Shown in pieces: positions 49,246 to 62,374 of a stretch of DNA of 64,000 nucleotides. Source of the DNA: Camelus ferus (lineage: Eukaryota). The position numbers and the translations under genes were made by a program. Position 1 is the first letter of the stretch. Each line of letters opens with the position of its first letter. A model generated the notes under the pieces. It was given only the letters and a program-made list of their open reading frames with translations, had not been told where the DNA came from and did not search any database. Location: NCBI RefSeq assembly GCF_009834535.1, contig NC_045697.1, positions 16,060,001 through 16,124,000 of the forward strand, written 5' to 3'.

Positions 49246-49647
49246 AGATGTCCTCAGATTCTCCTCATGCCTATCCATCATGTTGGCCCAGTGCATTGAG
49301 CCAAGTGCATTGCCTTAATCCCTGCTTCTAGGTTTTGGGTTGTACTACCTTATATTTGCTAGTCTTCCTTCTGGGGTCAAAAGCTTCGTTCTACTCCCAG
49401 CAGAAGGATTGGGCTTCCATTCCCTAAGGATAGAGCTTTAACATAAGGAAAACATGTCTGCTTGACCTCTGTGCTCTATCCACTTAATCAGAAATCCCCA
49501 TGGCTAACTCCTTCTGGATTGTGTCTGAGGCAAATATAATGCCTAGTCTTCTGAAATAGATCTTGTGGCTGTAACTCAATAATCATGGTTCTTCCTCAAG
49601 CCTCAGGTAACAATACACAGAGTGGAAAGGAATTTCTTAGAGAACTC

Positions 49648-49826
49648 ATTAGTTCTCCACCATGGCTGTGCATTTGAATCAGCTGGGAAATGTTTGAAAT
49701 GTACAAATTCTGGCTCAAACACAGATGTAATGAATTAGAATTTTTCTTGGGTAGGGCTCAGGAACTTAAAGTTTTAAAAATATCCCCTGGTGATTTTGAT
49801 ACACAGCCAGGATTGGAAATCACTGA
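49648..49826. mobile_element. MER5A-like hAT-Charlie MITE
   Basis: 'gttctccaccatggctgtgcatttgaatcagctggg...cccctggtgattttgatacacagccaggattggaaatcactg'. Confidence 0.8.
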
Positions 49827-50085
49827 TCCTTATTTTTATTTTCTACCTGAAGGACCACTCCTATAAATCCTGCACTAGAAAACTATAATTACATTTCCCC
49901 ATGGTTTAAGAAAAAATAGGGTCTAATTTTTCAAGAGAAAGAGAGAGAAAAAGTATATGTGAGATAAAATTCAATCAAGATACCCTAGGAAATGAACCAA
50001 AACTCAAACAGTCAAGGGACAAGGATACTGTCCATTTTTTTCTAAGGATAAAAACCAGAGTTTCCAGTGGCTTGTGTGTTCCACC

Positions 50086-50500
50086 TCATTTGTTCATTCA
50101 TTCACTAACAATTATTTATCGAGTGCCTATCTTGGACCAGACACTATTGTAGGTTTTAGAAGCTAAAGAATGAGCAAAAACTGACAAAATTCCTACTGTC
50201 ACAGAGCTTATAAGTGGAGGTTAGGGACCAAGAAATGAATAAACACAGAAACAATGACTTTTTCTTGAAATATTAAGTTCCTTGAAGAAGAATAAAGCAA
50301 AGTGAGGGGGTGAGGTGAGGCTATTTTATCTTGGGTGATTAGGGAAGAAAGACTCTCTAAAAAGGTGGCATTGAGTAGAGAGGCCTCAATGAGGTGAATA
50401 TGAGAGACAGGTAGGAGACAGCCGAGAAGGTGTGGTGGAGAAGACTAATCTCAAAGGAACCTTGGAGGCAGCAGTGTGCATAGTACTTTCACGGAACAGC
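50086..50500 (-). mobile_element. L2 3' region
   Basis: 'ttcattcattcactaacaattatttatcgagtgcctat...cagacactattgtagg'. Confidence 0.8.
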
Positions 50501-50504
50501 AACA

Positions 50505-50665
50505 TTAGGTAAGTCATTTATCCTTCTGAGCCCCCATTTTTCTCATTTGTCCAATAAGAATGATAATTTTGTTTTGCCCATCTTTAAGTGGAATGCCGTG
50601 TGTATTGAATTAAGCAATGTACATTAAAAAAACTTTGTCGAATCAGATGCATCATACAAAGGGAA
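50505..50665 (+). mobile_element. MIR SINE
   Basis: 'ttaggtaagtcatttatccttctgagcccccatttttctcatttgt'. Confidence 0.7.
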
Positions 50666-50724
50666 TCTATCATGTGTTCATAAAGTGAAGCTGATCAATG
50701 TTGCTTTCACCCAGAATAAGAAAG

Positions 50725-50940
50725 CACAATTTTAGATATACTAGAGCAGAAAGGAACCTCGGGAGATCTTTTTACTTTCTCTAGGCTTTTAAGTTAGAGT
50801 GATATTATTAACCCATTTTTCAGATCACACAATTTCATCACGGAAAGATTAAGTGACTTGATCAAGGTGACTTCTAGTTGGGACTGAATGGAGTCTGATA
50901 ACTCAGCTTTCTGCTTTCTAAGGCAGTGCTCTTTCTACGA
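50725..50940 (-). mobile_element. MIR/MIR3 SINE
   Basis: 'cccatttttcagat...gattaagtgacttgatcaaggtgac...cagtgctctttctac'. Confidence 0.65.
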
Positions 50941-51934
50941 GGTTCTTTTTTGATATTTTATTCAGTCATTTTGTCTAAGTACCTTCTAATATGTTTAAAT
51001 ATCAAACTCTGGTGAAGAAAATGAAATCCAGTCTTTCAACAGGCACTGTCCAGACTTAAAAGGGGAGATGGAGAGCCTTCTGGTACCATTGTTAAGGTCA
51101 TAAATATCTCTCTTGCCGAATTAGCACTGGGGCTGCAATCCTTGACTTCAGAAAATGGCTTCTGCAGCCAGGCCTTCCATCACTGCGAAGTGACATATAT
51201 CATCGCCCAGTATGGATTGGCCAACATAAAAAAGCTCCTTTGTGCGCAAATATTGAGACATTTTACTGAGAAATGGAGCTTGAGAAATTGCCCAATGTCA
51301 TCCTTCTTCCAGCCCCTACTACCAGCACCTTCCCCCATCCCGCGGGGGAAATAGTTATACACGACTTAGTCGGAGAAAGCTGTGGTTTCGGAAACCTCCA
51401 TTGGTCTGAAACTAGGTGAGCTGTCTGCATGATTTTGGGGGTATTGAAGTTGGCATTGAAATCCCTGCAGGGAAAGGTCCTAGAGAGCAGATATCACATT
51501 GGTTTATCCTGCATAGAGCTTCGTTGAGCAAATCTCATAGAAAGGGTAGCATAATAATGTAATCTCTTTGTGCAAGAACTGGTCAATTTGGAAAGCTGTC
51601 TTAACTCATGCTGGCCACTTTGGGACCTCTGAGTAAATTATTGCCTCACTGGGAGAAGCTGGCTCATTAGGCTGCCACATATATAGCAATGATAGCTTTA
51701 TATTTCCATTCCTGGGAATGTTTGATAGATATTAATGGACTCTATTAGAGACTGGAAGCAGGAAGGATGTCTATTAGAAAGATAGCCCTTTATTTTATTT
51801 CTACTGGCTGTGCTTTCGAGCCATCAGCTGTGCAAGAGGAGCAAACACATTCACTGAATACCTACTGTGTGCTGGTAATAGTTGCATAGTTTTCTCATGG
51901 AATTTTACTGATAGTCTCTCTTTTATAAATTAGA

Positions 51935-52487
51935 ATATTAGGCTTTTCCAGAGAAACAGAACCAACAGCATATATAAATACATATATGTGTGTGTGTGTG
52001 TATGTATAAAAATACATGTATAAATATTTATAATAAGGAATGGGCTTATGAAATTAGGGAGGCTGACAAATTCCAAAATCTATAGTAGGCAAGTTAGAGA
52101 CCCAGGAGAACAGATGATGTACTTTCAGTTTGAGTCTGAAGGTCTGAGAACTAGGAGATCCAATGCTGTAAGCTTCAGTCTGAAAGCCACCAGGCTTGGG
52201 AACCAAGAAGAGTCCATGTTTTAGTCAGAGACCGAAGGTTAAAAAAGACCCATGTCCTGACTTAATAGTCAGGCTAAAGGCGATCCTTCTTACTCAGCCT
52301 TTTCGTTCTGTGCAGGTCTTCCATTGATGAGACAGATCCCAGCCACTGTTAGGGGTGGAAACCTGCTTTACCTACCCATGCAAATGTTAATCTCCACCAG
52401 AAACACCCTTGAAGACACACCCAGAATAACATTTGACCAAATATGTGGACACTCTGTGGCCCAGCCAAGATGACACCCCTTACCACT
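51935..52487 (-). mobile_element. MLT2-family (ERVL) solo LTR
   Basis: 'tattaggcttttccagagaaacagaaccaa...aaatgttaatctc...aaacaccc...gacacacccagaataac...ggcccagccaagatgacac'. Confidence 0.9.
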
Positions 52488-52759
52488 TCCTAACTTGTCT
52501 CTCTGTGTTGAACAGTCAATGTTTTAGTAGCATGATTTTTATTTTCTAAAGACTTCAAGTATTACCCCTGCAACTTCATTTGTCACTTTCCTCCAGTATT
52601 CAAACTCCAACTCATTTAAGCTCATGTTATTGTTAATTATGTATTTATAATCAATTGTGTATATATGACTGTGACTTATAAAATAAATTCTCCTAGAATT
52701 CCCTGGAGTGAATGGGTCATCCTTCCTCTTGGAACTATGACTGATATATCATGGAAAAT

Positions 52760-52925
52760 CAGCCCTATCAGGGATACACCATTATTGCCCTATTTTTATA
52801 AATGAGGAAAGCAGTTTGGGCTTCAGCAATCTGCAGAAGATCACAAATCTTGTGACTAGAATAGCTGGGATTGGATTACTAGAAGTCTAGCTTTTGAGAT
52901 CATGCTCTTAACCACATAATGCTTT
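52760..52925 (-). mobile_element. MIR SINE
   Basis: 'ccattattgccctatttttataaatgaggaaa...catgctcttaaccac'. Confidence 0.75.
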
Positions 52926-53205
52926 AATAAAAAAAACCCATGTTCCAAATGAACACTCTGCTTAGAACAACAGCCTAGTTCAAGCTCCCTTTCCCTCTAA
53001 AGCAGTCCAATTTTAGTTTACTGCTTTTGTTTTGTGATCTTTACCCCTCAAACGTCTTGAGGATCATCCTTAAATCTGATGCTTGTATACTTGTTGTACA
53101 GCCAAAGAAAGAGGATACTCATTGTTCAGGGCAGAGACCCAGTAGTTCCCTTTTTCAATTCTCAGTAAGTAGCTCGGTCCTGGGAACATGATACATGATA
53201 CATGA

Positions 53206-54403
53206 TTTTTTTTTGAAGTAGAGTTGATTTGTACAATGTTGTATTAGTTTCTGGTGTAAAGCATAATGATTCAGTTATACATATATATTCTTTTTCATTA
53301 TAGGTTATTGCAAGTTAGTGAATATAGTTCTTTGTGCTACACAGTAGGACCTTGTTGTTTATCTATTTTGTATATAGTAGTTTGTGTCTGCTAATCCCAA
53401 ACTCCTAATTTATCCCTCTCTCCCACTTTTCCCTTTGGTAACCATAAGTTGGTTTGGTATGTCTGTGAGCCTGTGTCTATTTTGTAAATAAGTTCATTTG
53501 TATCATTTTAAAGATTCCATAAAAAACAAGATCATATGTTAATTGTCTATGTCTGACTTCCTTCACTTAGTATGATAATCTTTAGATCCATCCATGTTGC
53601 TGCAAATGACATTGCATTCTTTTAATGGCTGAGTAGTATTCTACTGTATACATATAACTCGTCTTCTTTATTCAATCATTTGTTGATGGACATTTAAGTT
53701 GCTTCCATGTTTTGGCTATTATAAATAGTGCTGCTGTGAACATTGGGGTGCATGTATCTCTTCAAATTACAGTTTTCTCTGGATATATGCCCAGAGGTGG
53801 GATTGCTGGGTCGTATGGTAACTCTATTTTAATTTTTAAAGGAATCTCCACACTGTTTCCTACTAGTGGCTGCACCAAATTAGACTCCCAACAACAGTGT
53901 AAAGGGTTCCCTTTTCCCCACATCCTCTCCGACATTTATTGTTTGTGGACTTTTGAATGATGGCCATTCTGATTGGTGTGAGGTGATATCTCATGTAGTT
54001 TTGATTTGCATTTCTCTGATAATTAGTAATGTTGAGCATCTTTTCATGTGCCAATTGACCTTCTGTATGTCTTCTTCAGAGAAATGTCTATTTAGATCTT
54101 CTGCCCATGTTTTGGATTGGATTGTTTTTTGTTGTTGTTGCTGTTGTTGTTGTTGTTGTTGTTGACTTGTATGAGCTGTTTTTATATTCTGAAATTGAGT
54201 CCTTGTGAGTCACATCATTTGCAAATATTTCTCCCAGCCTGCAGATTGTCTTTGTTTTGTTCGTGGTTTCCTTTCCTGTGCAAAAGCTTGTAAGTTTAAT
54301 TAGGTCTCATTTTTTTTTTTTTTGCTTTTGTTTATATTGCTTTGGGAGGCTGACCTAGGAAAACATTTCTATGATTTATGTCAGAGAATGTTTTGCCTAT
54401 ATT
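53206..54403 (-). mobile_element. 5'-truncated artiodactyl-type L1 with TSD
   Basis: Poly(T) then L1 3' UTR; ORF 53863..54054 contains [34 protein letters not shown] catgatacat at 53194-53203 and 54404-54413. Confidence 0.95.
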
Positions 54404-54499
54404 CATGATACATTCTTAGTAAATTTTTGCTGATTGATTCAAAGGTTTACTTACTCTCTATAAAGAACTCAACAAGGAAAATCTTCTTGAATATGTCAG

Positions 54500-54612
54500 A
54501 ATATGGAAAGAAGCAGGCTGCTATGGTTGAGTGGCAAAATCATGGGTCTGAGGGCAATACTTCCTTCCCGGTTATGTGATGGGATGAGCCACTTAATTTT
54601 TTGTAAGTGTTT
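54500..54612 (+). mobile_element. MIR fragment
   Basis: 'gaagcaggctgctatggttgagtgg...catgggtctg...tgtgatgggatgagccacttaa'. Confidence 0.45.
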
Positions 54613-54619
54613 CAAAGTT

Positions 54620-54722
54620 ATTTCCATGAGGGCAACTACCATCTTGTGCTCCTTGCATCTAGCTTGGACCTTGGCATCTATTAGACACTAGAAAAATATG
54701 TGTTAAATGGATAAATAAATGC
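54620..54722 (+). mobile_element. L2 3' end
   Basis: 'ttccatgagggca...cttggcatctattagacact...gttaaatggataaataaatg'. Confidence 0.6.
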
Positions 54723-54729
54723 ATATTTA

Positions 54730-55735
54730 AAAAATAAACTTTACTTTTAAGAAGAGTTTTAGATTTACAGAAAAAATTGTTAAGATAGCAGAAAGAGTTC
54801 CTACATCCCCCACATCCAGTTTCCTCTATCATTAACATCTTACATTAGCATGATACATTTGTTACAATTAATGAACCAATATATTATTAGTTCCATACTT
54901 TATTAAAAATCCATCCTTTATTCAGATGCCCTTAGTTTTTACCTAAAGTGCCTTTTTTGGGGGGGAGGGGGTCCAGGTGCCTATCCAGGATACTACATTA
55001 CATTTTGCTGTCATGTCTCAGACTTTCTTTGTTCTGGATGCCCTTGACAGTTTTGAGTAGTGTGAGTCAGATGTTTTGTAGAAAGTCCCCCTATTGGGAT
55101 TTGTCTGATGTTTTTTCTCATGATTATACTGGGGTTGTGGATATTTTCATCACATCATATCAAGGGTACATGCTATCAAAATGACTTATCACCGTTGGTG
55201 TTGACCTTGATCACTGCTGCTGGGGTAATGTTTGTCAGCTTCCTGCATTGTAAAGGTTTCTTTCTTTCCATACTTTGAAAGAAAAGTCACCGTGCTCAAT
55301 CCACACTTGAGGAATGACAGTTACCAACCACCTTCCTGAGGGTGAAGGATCTACATAAATGATGTGGAATTCTTCCGCAGGGGAGATTTGTCTCTTCTTC
55401 CTCATGTATTCAGTTATTTATTTATTTTTATCAGCATGGATATTTATTTTATTCTTTGGGCTATAGTCCAATAGTACTTTAGTTTATTGCTCAAACTTTC
55501 CAGCTTTGATCCTTGGAAGCCCCTTTGATTGGCTCCTGTGTCCCTCTGACATAACTTGTCATTGTGGTTTGATTTTTTTTTTTCCCAGAATATCCTTACT
55601 TTCTGGCACTACAAGATGCTCTAGGTTCATTTTGCATATTTCCTAACTCAGTCTTAGAATCTACCATTTCTCCAAGAACTCTGGCTTCTTTTATTGGAAA
55701 TGATATTAGAAACTGAGATTTGGGCACAAGGTACC
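54730..55735 (-). mobile_element. L1MC-like 3' UTR
   Basis: 'ttttagatttacagaaaaa...ttaacatcttacattagcatgatacatttgttacaattaatgaaccaat...ttctggcactacaagatgctctagg'. Confidence 0.85.
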
Positions 55736-57029
55736 TTCAGTAAGTGTGTCTTTAATGAGAAGAAAGGAACAGTGAACGTTTCCTAAACAACAATCCCATG
55801 CCACCAAAAATGCCAGTGATTGATGGTACCTTGAATGTGCCGTCCACTGGATGGCATGGAAGAGGTGTTTGTGTCTTCACAACTTCCTTCTAATCCTTCT
55901 GGCTCAAGGAGAAAAATTCTGTTTGATCCTAGTAATCTCAAACTTGGAAATTTACTTTCCTAACAAGGTAAGTGACCCTCAGGCACTGAGCGTCACTTAA
56001 GCAAACACATCTAGCAAGAAACTATTCATATTGGGTTTTGGTTTTTTTTTTTTGGTTATATTCATTTATATTGTCATCTCCAGTTATGGCAAATTCAACT
56101 AATTTTCTATTTGTAATAACAGTATATCCTTTCCTCCTAAAGCATATTAAGTAAAAAATGAAAATACATTTACAGAAAAAAACAATAGTATGTCAGTGGT
56201 TGGAGCAACGTGAAGAAAGTGATGAATGAATGATTGAGTTTGGAAAAAAAATGGAAGGGATAATTTTGAAAATCTCTTGAAGGTCTAGAATTTGAGGTTC
56301 TATGTCAGCTAGTATCTATTACCTCACACCCACAGCTGTGTGCAACACTTAGGAGTGGGATTATATTGAAATCTGAATCACAGATAGAAAGACAGAACAC
56401 TGTTGAGAACAGGAAAATCTACAGTCATTTTCTTGTAGCTGTTCTTAGCCCCAGAACAGATCTAACAGCATTGGCAGAGAGTCAGGTGAGAAATGCTGGG
56501 TAGTGCCTCCAGAGAGCTATGGCATTGAGATCAGAGAACTACAAACCAAGGGGAAATTTGATTTTAATAGCATCAATGGATATCCTCAAAATGTTCATGA
56601 AATATGAAAATATAGAGCAAATAATTGTGACGAGCATATTGTCTAATTAAGATGAATGGGACACGCTTCTTATGCATTTTTAATCTGTTAAATAAACAGC
56701 ATATTAATATGGCTTAATTATATCACCAGATACTTAAAGTGACTTTCTAAAATAAAGTTTATTTTGATTTAACATATGCTTTTTGGTGTGTTTTTGTAGC
56801 ACGTTTACAAGCATGTTACACAAATAACATCTTGAAATAAATCTCCTGGATGTGATCACCATCTTGATCAGAATTTCTTCTTTTTAATTTCTTGGGCAAC
56901 TCAGGACTTAAAAAGTTGTTTTCAAGGTATGTGTCCTTTCAGTCCTTATGCTTGAGAAGTGCAGAAATGACCCTCTTATCTTTGATTGTTTCTTCATGAT
57001 TCTTATCTTTCATTTCCATTCCACACATA

Positions 57030-57515
57030 GGTGGACAGTATAGCCTGCTGATTCTGAGAAATAGCTCCTTCATCTGTCCTCCACCATTTTCATGTATGGA
57101 CGTCAGATCCTTTGACCCTTTTCCCTTCGAAAAGTAGGGTTAATTTCCCTTCCCGTTGAATCTGGGCTGGATTGTAACTTCTTTGACCAATAGAATGCAA
57201 TGGATATATGACCTTCAGAGGACTGACAAGTTCTGCCTGTCTCCTGGAGCCCTGAGACACCAATAAGAAGTCTGACAGCTCACTCTGCTGCAGAAACCAT
57301 GTGGAGAAGCTCTGAGAAAGGGAGAGGAGCCCAGCTGAGCCTAACCTCATAGACATTTCTGCCAAAGATCATGGCAAGTGAATAAAGCTATCTTCTATAC
57401 TCCAAACTAGCCTTGTCCAACTACCTGAGATTTATGAGCATAACAAATGACCTTTGTTATTTTAAGCCACTATGATGGGGGGATATATTATGCAATAGAG
57501 AGCTAAGGTAATACA
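57030..57515 (+). mobile_element. MaLR solo LTR (MLT1H-like)
   Basis: 'ttgaatctgggctgg...ctttgaccaatagaatg...gttattttaagccact...taataca'. Confidence 0.8.
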
Positions 57516-57519
57516 GTAT

Positions 57520-57930
57520 TATTTTCTGCCAAATTGTTTGTCTCTCCCTCTGGGAGAATCATCACTTCCAACCCCTAGAGGTCAAGCTTTGCCACCTGAT
57601 TTGTGGTATTCCTACCTTTTGAGGGGGATTATGCGTCCTCAGCTCATTGACATCAGACTTAACCACGTAATTTGCTTTGGCCACTAGAATATATCCAGAA
57701 ATGACATACCACTATGGAGTAGACATTTTAAGAGCCATTATGTGGTTCTTTCCTCTCCCTTGCCTGCCTACCAAGAGTAGAGGAATGTCCCAAACAAGGA
57801 ACATTCGTTTGGTCTGGCTGCTAGAATGAAGAGGATGTGAAATAGAGCTGCAGCTGACCCACATCCAACAAGAAATATGAATGAGAAATAGCCCTTTGTT
57901 GTTGGGAGTCACTGAGAATTTAGGGTTTTA
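57520..57930 (+). mobile_element. MaLR LTR (MLT1I/J-like)
   Basis: 'cattgacatcagactt...ttgctttggccactagaat...ttttaagagcca...atgaatgagaaatagccctttgttg...cactgagaattt'. Confidence 0.75.
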
Positions 57931-58129
57931 GATGGAGACACTAGAGTATCATCCTAAAATAAAAACTCTATGACGTTGCTCATCTAGATAAGAAACACCA
58001 TAGACCATGTGGTCTCTTACATTTTTTGTTCCATCTTACTTCCTCAGTCTCACCATGCACAGACCTCACAATTCAGCAGGGCTTGCCTTAATTTTTTTTT
58101 TTTTGCTTTTGGGGGTGGGATTCATGCTG

Positions 58130-58690
58130 TTCAGCATATATTTCCCCATTGACCTGGAAGCTCCACTTTAAGTGACATTTACTTGGTGAAGCCTTTCTTG
58201 GTTTTCCTAGACAAGATTAGCTCTTACCATTTTAGCATTTCACAGTGATGAAGAAATGAGAATGATGGCAATGATGATGACAGTGAAGAGGATGGAGATG
58301 GCACAACCCTCTCTATACACCAGGAATTGTTTTAAGTATTTAAAAATTTTCAGTAACCCCAGGAAGCAGTCTCAGTATTTACATCTTATTAGTGGGGAAA
58401 TTGAGGCAAAGAAGTTAAATAAATCACTCAATAAGTCACAGCCATTAAATGCAGGAGCCAGAATCTGGATCCTGGAGGCTCAGCTTCTGAGTCAGTGCTC
58501 TTTGTTGACATCCTGCACTGCATTTACCATTCAAATATCTAATATAACATTTTATATTATAATAAAGTTATCTGTTGTTATGTTTGCTTGAGTAGACTGT
58601 GAGCTTTTGTGGGCTAGGGACCATGTTAGTCATTTTTATACAGTTTCATATAATACAAAGTCAGGCACACAGAAATTCAGTAAATAATTT
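58130..58690 (+). mobile_element. L2 3' region interrupted by a MIR
   Basis: 'gtgaagcctttcttgg' in the 5' part; 'tagactgtgagctt...ggctagggaccatgt...ggcacacagaaattcagtaaata' in the 3' part. Confidence 0.6.
58290..58520 (-). mobile_element. MIR SINE
   Basis: 'gtggggaaattgaggcaaagaagttaaataaatc...aagtcacagcc...ggagccagaat'. Confidence 0.75.
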
Positions 58691-59420
58691 CCAATAGTAG
58701 GGTTTGAATTTAGATCCTAGAACTTTAAGTCCAGTTCTTTTTTTTTTTCCCCTCCATCACATTATGTTCCCCATTGTCACCTTCATTTTATGTTGCTTTT
58801 CATCCTACTATTATAAATGAATTCTGGAAATGCATCTGTTCTATTAGTAGAAATAGTAGCTAAGACATTTATTGAAGAAGACTACTAATTCATTTCAATT
58901 ATTTCCTTTAATGTTACAATAATTATGATTAAAAAAGGAATGCTGATTTTATGGGAACTTGTTGTGCATGTTAAGATGTAGTCTAACCTCGTAGCATCTC
59001 CTTCAAGGTCTTACATTTCTTTCCTGGATAATCCTCTACTCCTCTGTCCTAACTTATTTTTTCCATTATGAGTTACCTGTGATATTTTGGTTCATAGTTC
59101 TTAAGTATCTTGTTTGTAAATCTCATCTGTCCACTGACAATCCCCCTTTTCACTTAGGGTGTATTGATTCTTCTCCTTCTGTATCATTAAATTGATCCAG
59201 AAAGACAAAGTCTTCTAATGCCAATCATCCTCCTCCTCCCCTTCCTTCTTTTCCTCTTCCTCCTCCTCCTCGTTATACAGTTATGAGCTAGAACTGGTTA
59301 CCTACCCTTAATATCCAGAAAAGTAACATTCAGACTGTGACCCCAAATAAATTTAATGCCTATCCTAAGGTCTTCATGTTCTAAAGTTTTTCATGTTTTA
59401 CTCTGGTTCTGATATCCTGC

Positions 59421-60018
59421 TTTTTTTTTTTTCCTTTTTTAAAAGAAATTTTAATTTTTATTGAAGTGTAGTGGGTTTGTTTGTTTCAGGTATACAACAA
59501 AGTGATTCAGTTATACATATATATACATATATGTACATTTTTTTCAGTCTTTTCCATTACAGCTCATTACAAGAATTAAATATTGTTCCCTGTGCTATCC
59601 AGTAGGTCCTTGTTGTTTTATCTATTTTATACATAATAATGTGAATTTATTAATCCCAGACTTCTAATCTATCCTAACCACCTCCTCGCCCTGGAAACCA
59701 CAGTTTGTTCTCTATGTCCATGAACTGTAAATAAAATCTGTACCTTTTCTTTTTCTTTTTTAAGATTCCACATATAAGTGACATCATATGATATTTGTCT
59801 TTCTCTGACTTCCTTCACTTAATATGATAATCTCTAGGTCCATCCGTGTTTTTGCAAATGGCATTATTTCATCTTCTATGGCTGAGTAATACATACATAC
59901 ATATACACACCGTTGGAAAAGGCGCATGCACCTCAATGTTCACAGCAGCATTATTTAGAATAGCCAAGACATAGAAACAACCCAAATATCCATTGACAGA
60001 TGAATGAATAAAGAAGAT
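59421..60018 (-). mobile_element. L1 with 5' inversion (twin priming) and TSD
   Basis: Minus-oriented 3' end ~59421-59911, then a plus-oriented L1 segment ~59913-60018; TSD atcctgcttttt at 59414-59425 and 60017-60028. Confidence 0.9.
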
Positions 60019-60759
60019 CCTGCTTTTTCTGAATTATTTCAGTCTACAGAGTATATGATTTCTGGACTTCATTACCCTTCTACTATAATGCATGGGCTGA
60101 GAAATAGAACTTAGCCATTTTCAACAATTTCTGCTATAAAAACCTACTCACACAAGGATTTCGTGTGTGAAGCAGACTTTCTAGCATATAGGTTTCCAAG
60201 ATTTACACTCAAGTCAAAGTGAAAAGAATAACTTCAACTGAGGCTTCTGATGTCCATCATATACTCTTTAGCCATGTTCCTTTCTTTCATCTTTTCCATT
60301 CTCTGCTTGACTATCCACCAACACAACATTTTGGTTCAGTTCTGGCCTGGGTACCAGAATTCTGTTCAATTCTAGCCACCTCTTTTGTTACTTTGGTTTC
60401 TCTCAGCATATGTCTCACCCTCTTCCCATAAGCAAAATCTCAAGGTATTTTTTCTAAAAAGCTTCACTCTACCCTAAGAGACATTCTTGTGCTGGTTATT
60501 AAGATAATTTGTTTAGGTTTTCTACAGTAATTTTTTTTTCTTACACATTTAGAACATTATTTTGTAGATCTTTAAAAGTGCTTTGTTATTACTTATATGA
60601 GTCTCATAATAGCCCCGTGAGACAAGGGAAGATAGGCTCAAATGCCTTCAACTTGTTAATAACATAAATAAACATGTGTTCCCATGTTTAAAATACAAAG
60701 TCTGAATTTGATAAGGCTTAAAGTCCACTCCATATATTTTGATTAAAGTGGAACCTTAA

Positions 60760-60960
60760 AAAGAGCATTGAAAGGGCTCTTTTTGAAAGAGCATTCAGGG
60801 ATCATCTGATTTGAGAAGATAAGATATCATGACCTCTACTTTAATGATGAGATTCCTGGTGTCTAGAGAGTTTCAGTGGTTTGCCGAAAGGGAGAATAAA
60901 TGGTGAAGTGGGGCCACAGAACTTACTGTCTTCTACTTTTGGAGCAATACTCTTCCTTAT
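60760..60960 (-). mobile_element. MIR3-like SINE
   Basis: 'gggatcatctgatt...ctctactttaatgatgag...tctagagagtttcagtggtttgccgaaag'. Confidence 0.55.
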
Positions 60961-62374
60961 TTCTTCAGCAAATGTCTCGGTTCAGTGCAAAGTGTGGGAT
61001 GAGACAGGAGGAAAGCCGCTGAACATGCACCTGGTACCCAGATGTGGATCTTTGGGGTGAGGATGAATTGGAGAGTGTTTAGAAATGACTCCAAGGAAGT
61101 CATTGTTGTTCATTTAAGTGTCGATGCAGCTTAGGAAGTGTCTATAAAAATGAGGATTTGTGGACATGCATTATTAATGTTTTTATTTGTCTTTCTGCCT
61201 TTTGCTTCATTGCCAGCATCTTTAGCTGGTTAAAGTTACAACAGAAAGATAGAATAATATGCTCTCTTATTAAGATACCACTTCTTATAAAGACAGGCAG
61301 CTAAATGTTTCACCAAGAGATACGATCACCTCCATCAACATATATTTATACATTGATGATTTTTTTTATTTCTGCAAAGGACTAGGTCAACAAGTTTAGT
61401 TTATCAAAGGGAATTCCATTTCCTCATTGACTTTAAACAACGAAGACCTTGAAACATTCAGTCAATACACATCTCAGAAAAGAACAAAGGAAGCATCTGA
61501 AAGGAGGATTAGTAAATTACCTGCCTTCAAAATTCAAATAAAACTGCACAAAAGCAGTCCTTTGTATTTGCTGGTAATTCAAAAAAGAAAGCCAAATGAA
61601 GCCCATAGATCCAGGTTATGTAGAAATGTTCAACAAGCTGAAGGTTGCACGGAATGGATGTTCAAGTAAGAATCATTTTAATGAATACAATTACGAGATG
61701 GCTGATAATGCAAAATGAATAATTTAGAAAATATGGTGGCTTATGTATGATCTATGCATAATTACAGTAACACACAGTTTGGGATTATAAAACATAACTG
61801 AACTGAAATTGGTGGTTGGAGAGCATGGAAGGAAAAAAAACTCACAAAATTCTTTGAACATTTATCATATTATAAATGTCCTCAGATATGTTATTTTTTT
61901 TTAAAAAAATCCTTAACCAACAAGAGAACACTGTGGTTGAGGTCATTATGACTCAGTGGCTAATTAGAGAACAACTTTCACTGTTCACATTCTCCTATTC
62001 TACGCTTCATTTTTCATTTTATTGGAACATGATTTAACAGTGGGAAAACCTAGAGATGAAAAGGAGGGACGAGAGCAGGGACAGTAAGCAGAAGAGAGAC
62101 AGTTATTTTCTCTCTCCCTTTTCTTGCCCCTCTAGAGTGATGGAGACCATTAGAATGATGATCTGCAGGGGATGCACCTTAAACTAATTTAAGTAAAGCA
62201 AAAATAAATACATGAAGCCCAGAGGCAAACATCAACTTATAAGGCAAACATCTCTATAAGAATTGTGCTAGGTTTCTGTTGATATAAGGTATTACTGAGA
62301 AAAAAAGCAAAAACAAAAAGTTTGTGAGAAGTGTATGGAAATGTATCTGAAGCACAAATTTTGTCTTGGCATGG

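Noticed and set aside
53953..54165. Poly-Cys ORF
   Set aside because: Antisense L1 sequence ending in a (GTT)n microsatellite.
56090..56255. Possible hAT-Charlie terminal fragment
   Set aside because: Only a vague resemblance; no terminal inverted repeat pair or TSD identified.
61345..61365. YIDD motif suggesting an ancient RT
   Set aside because: An isolated four-residue match in AT-rich DNA followed by stops; no other domains seen.
699..61956. Scattered perfect AP-1 sites (TGAGTCA/TGACTCA)
   Set aside because: About ten copies is close to chance expectation for a 7-mer on both strands in 64 kb.
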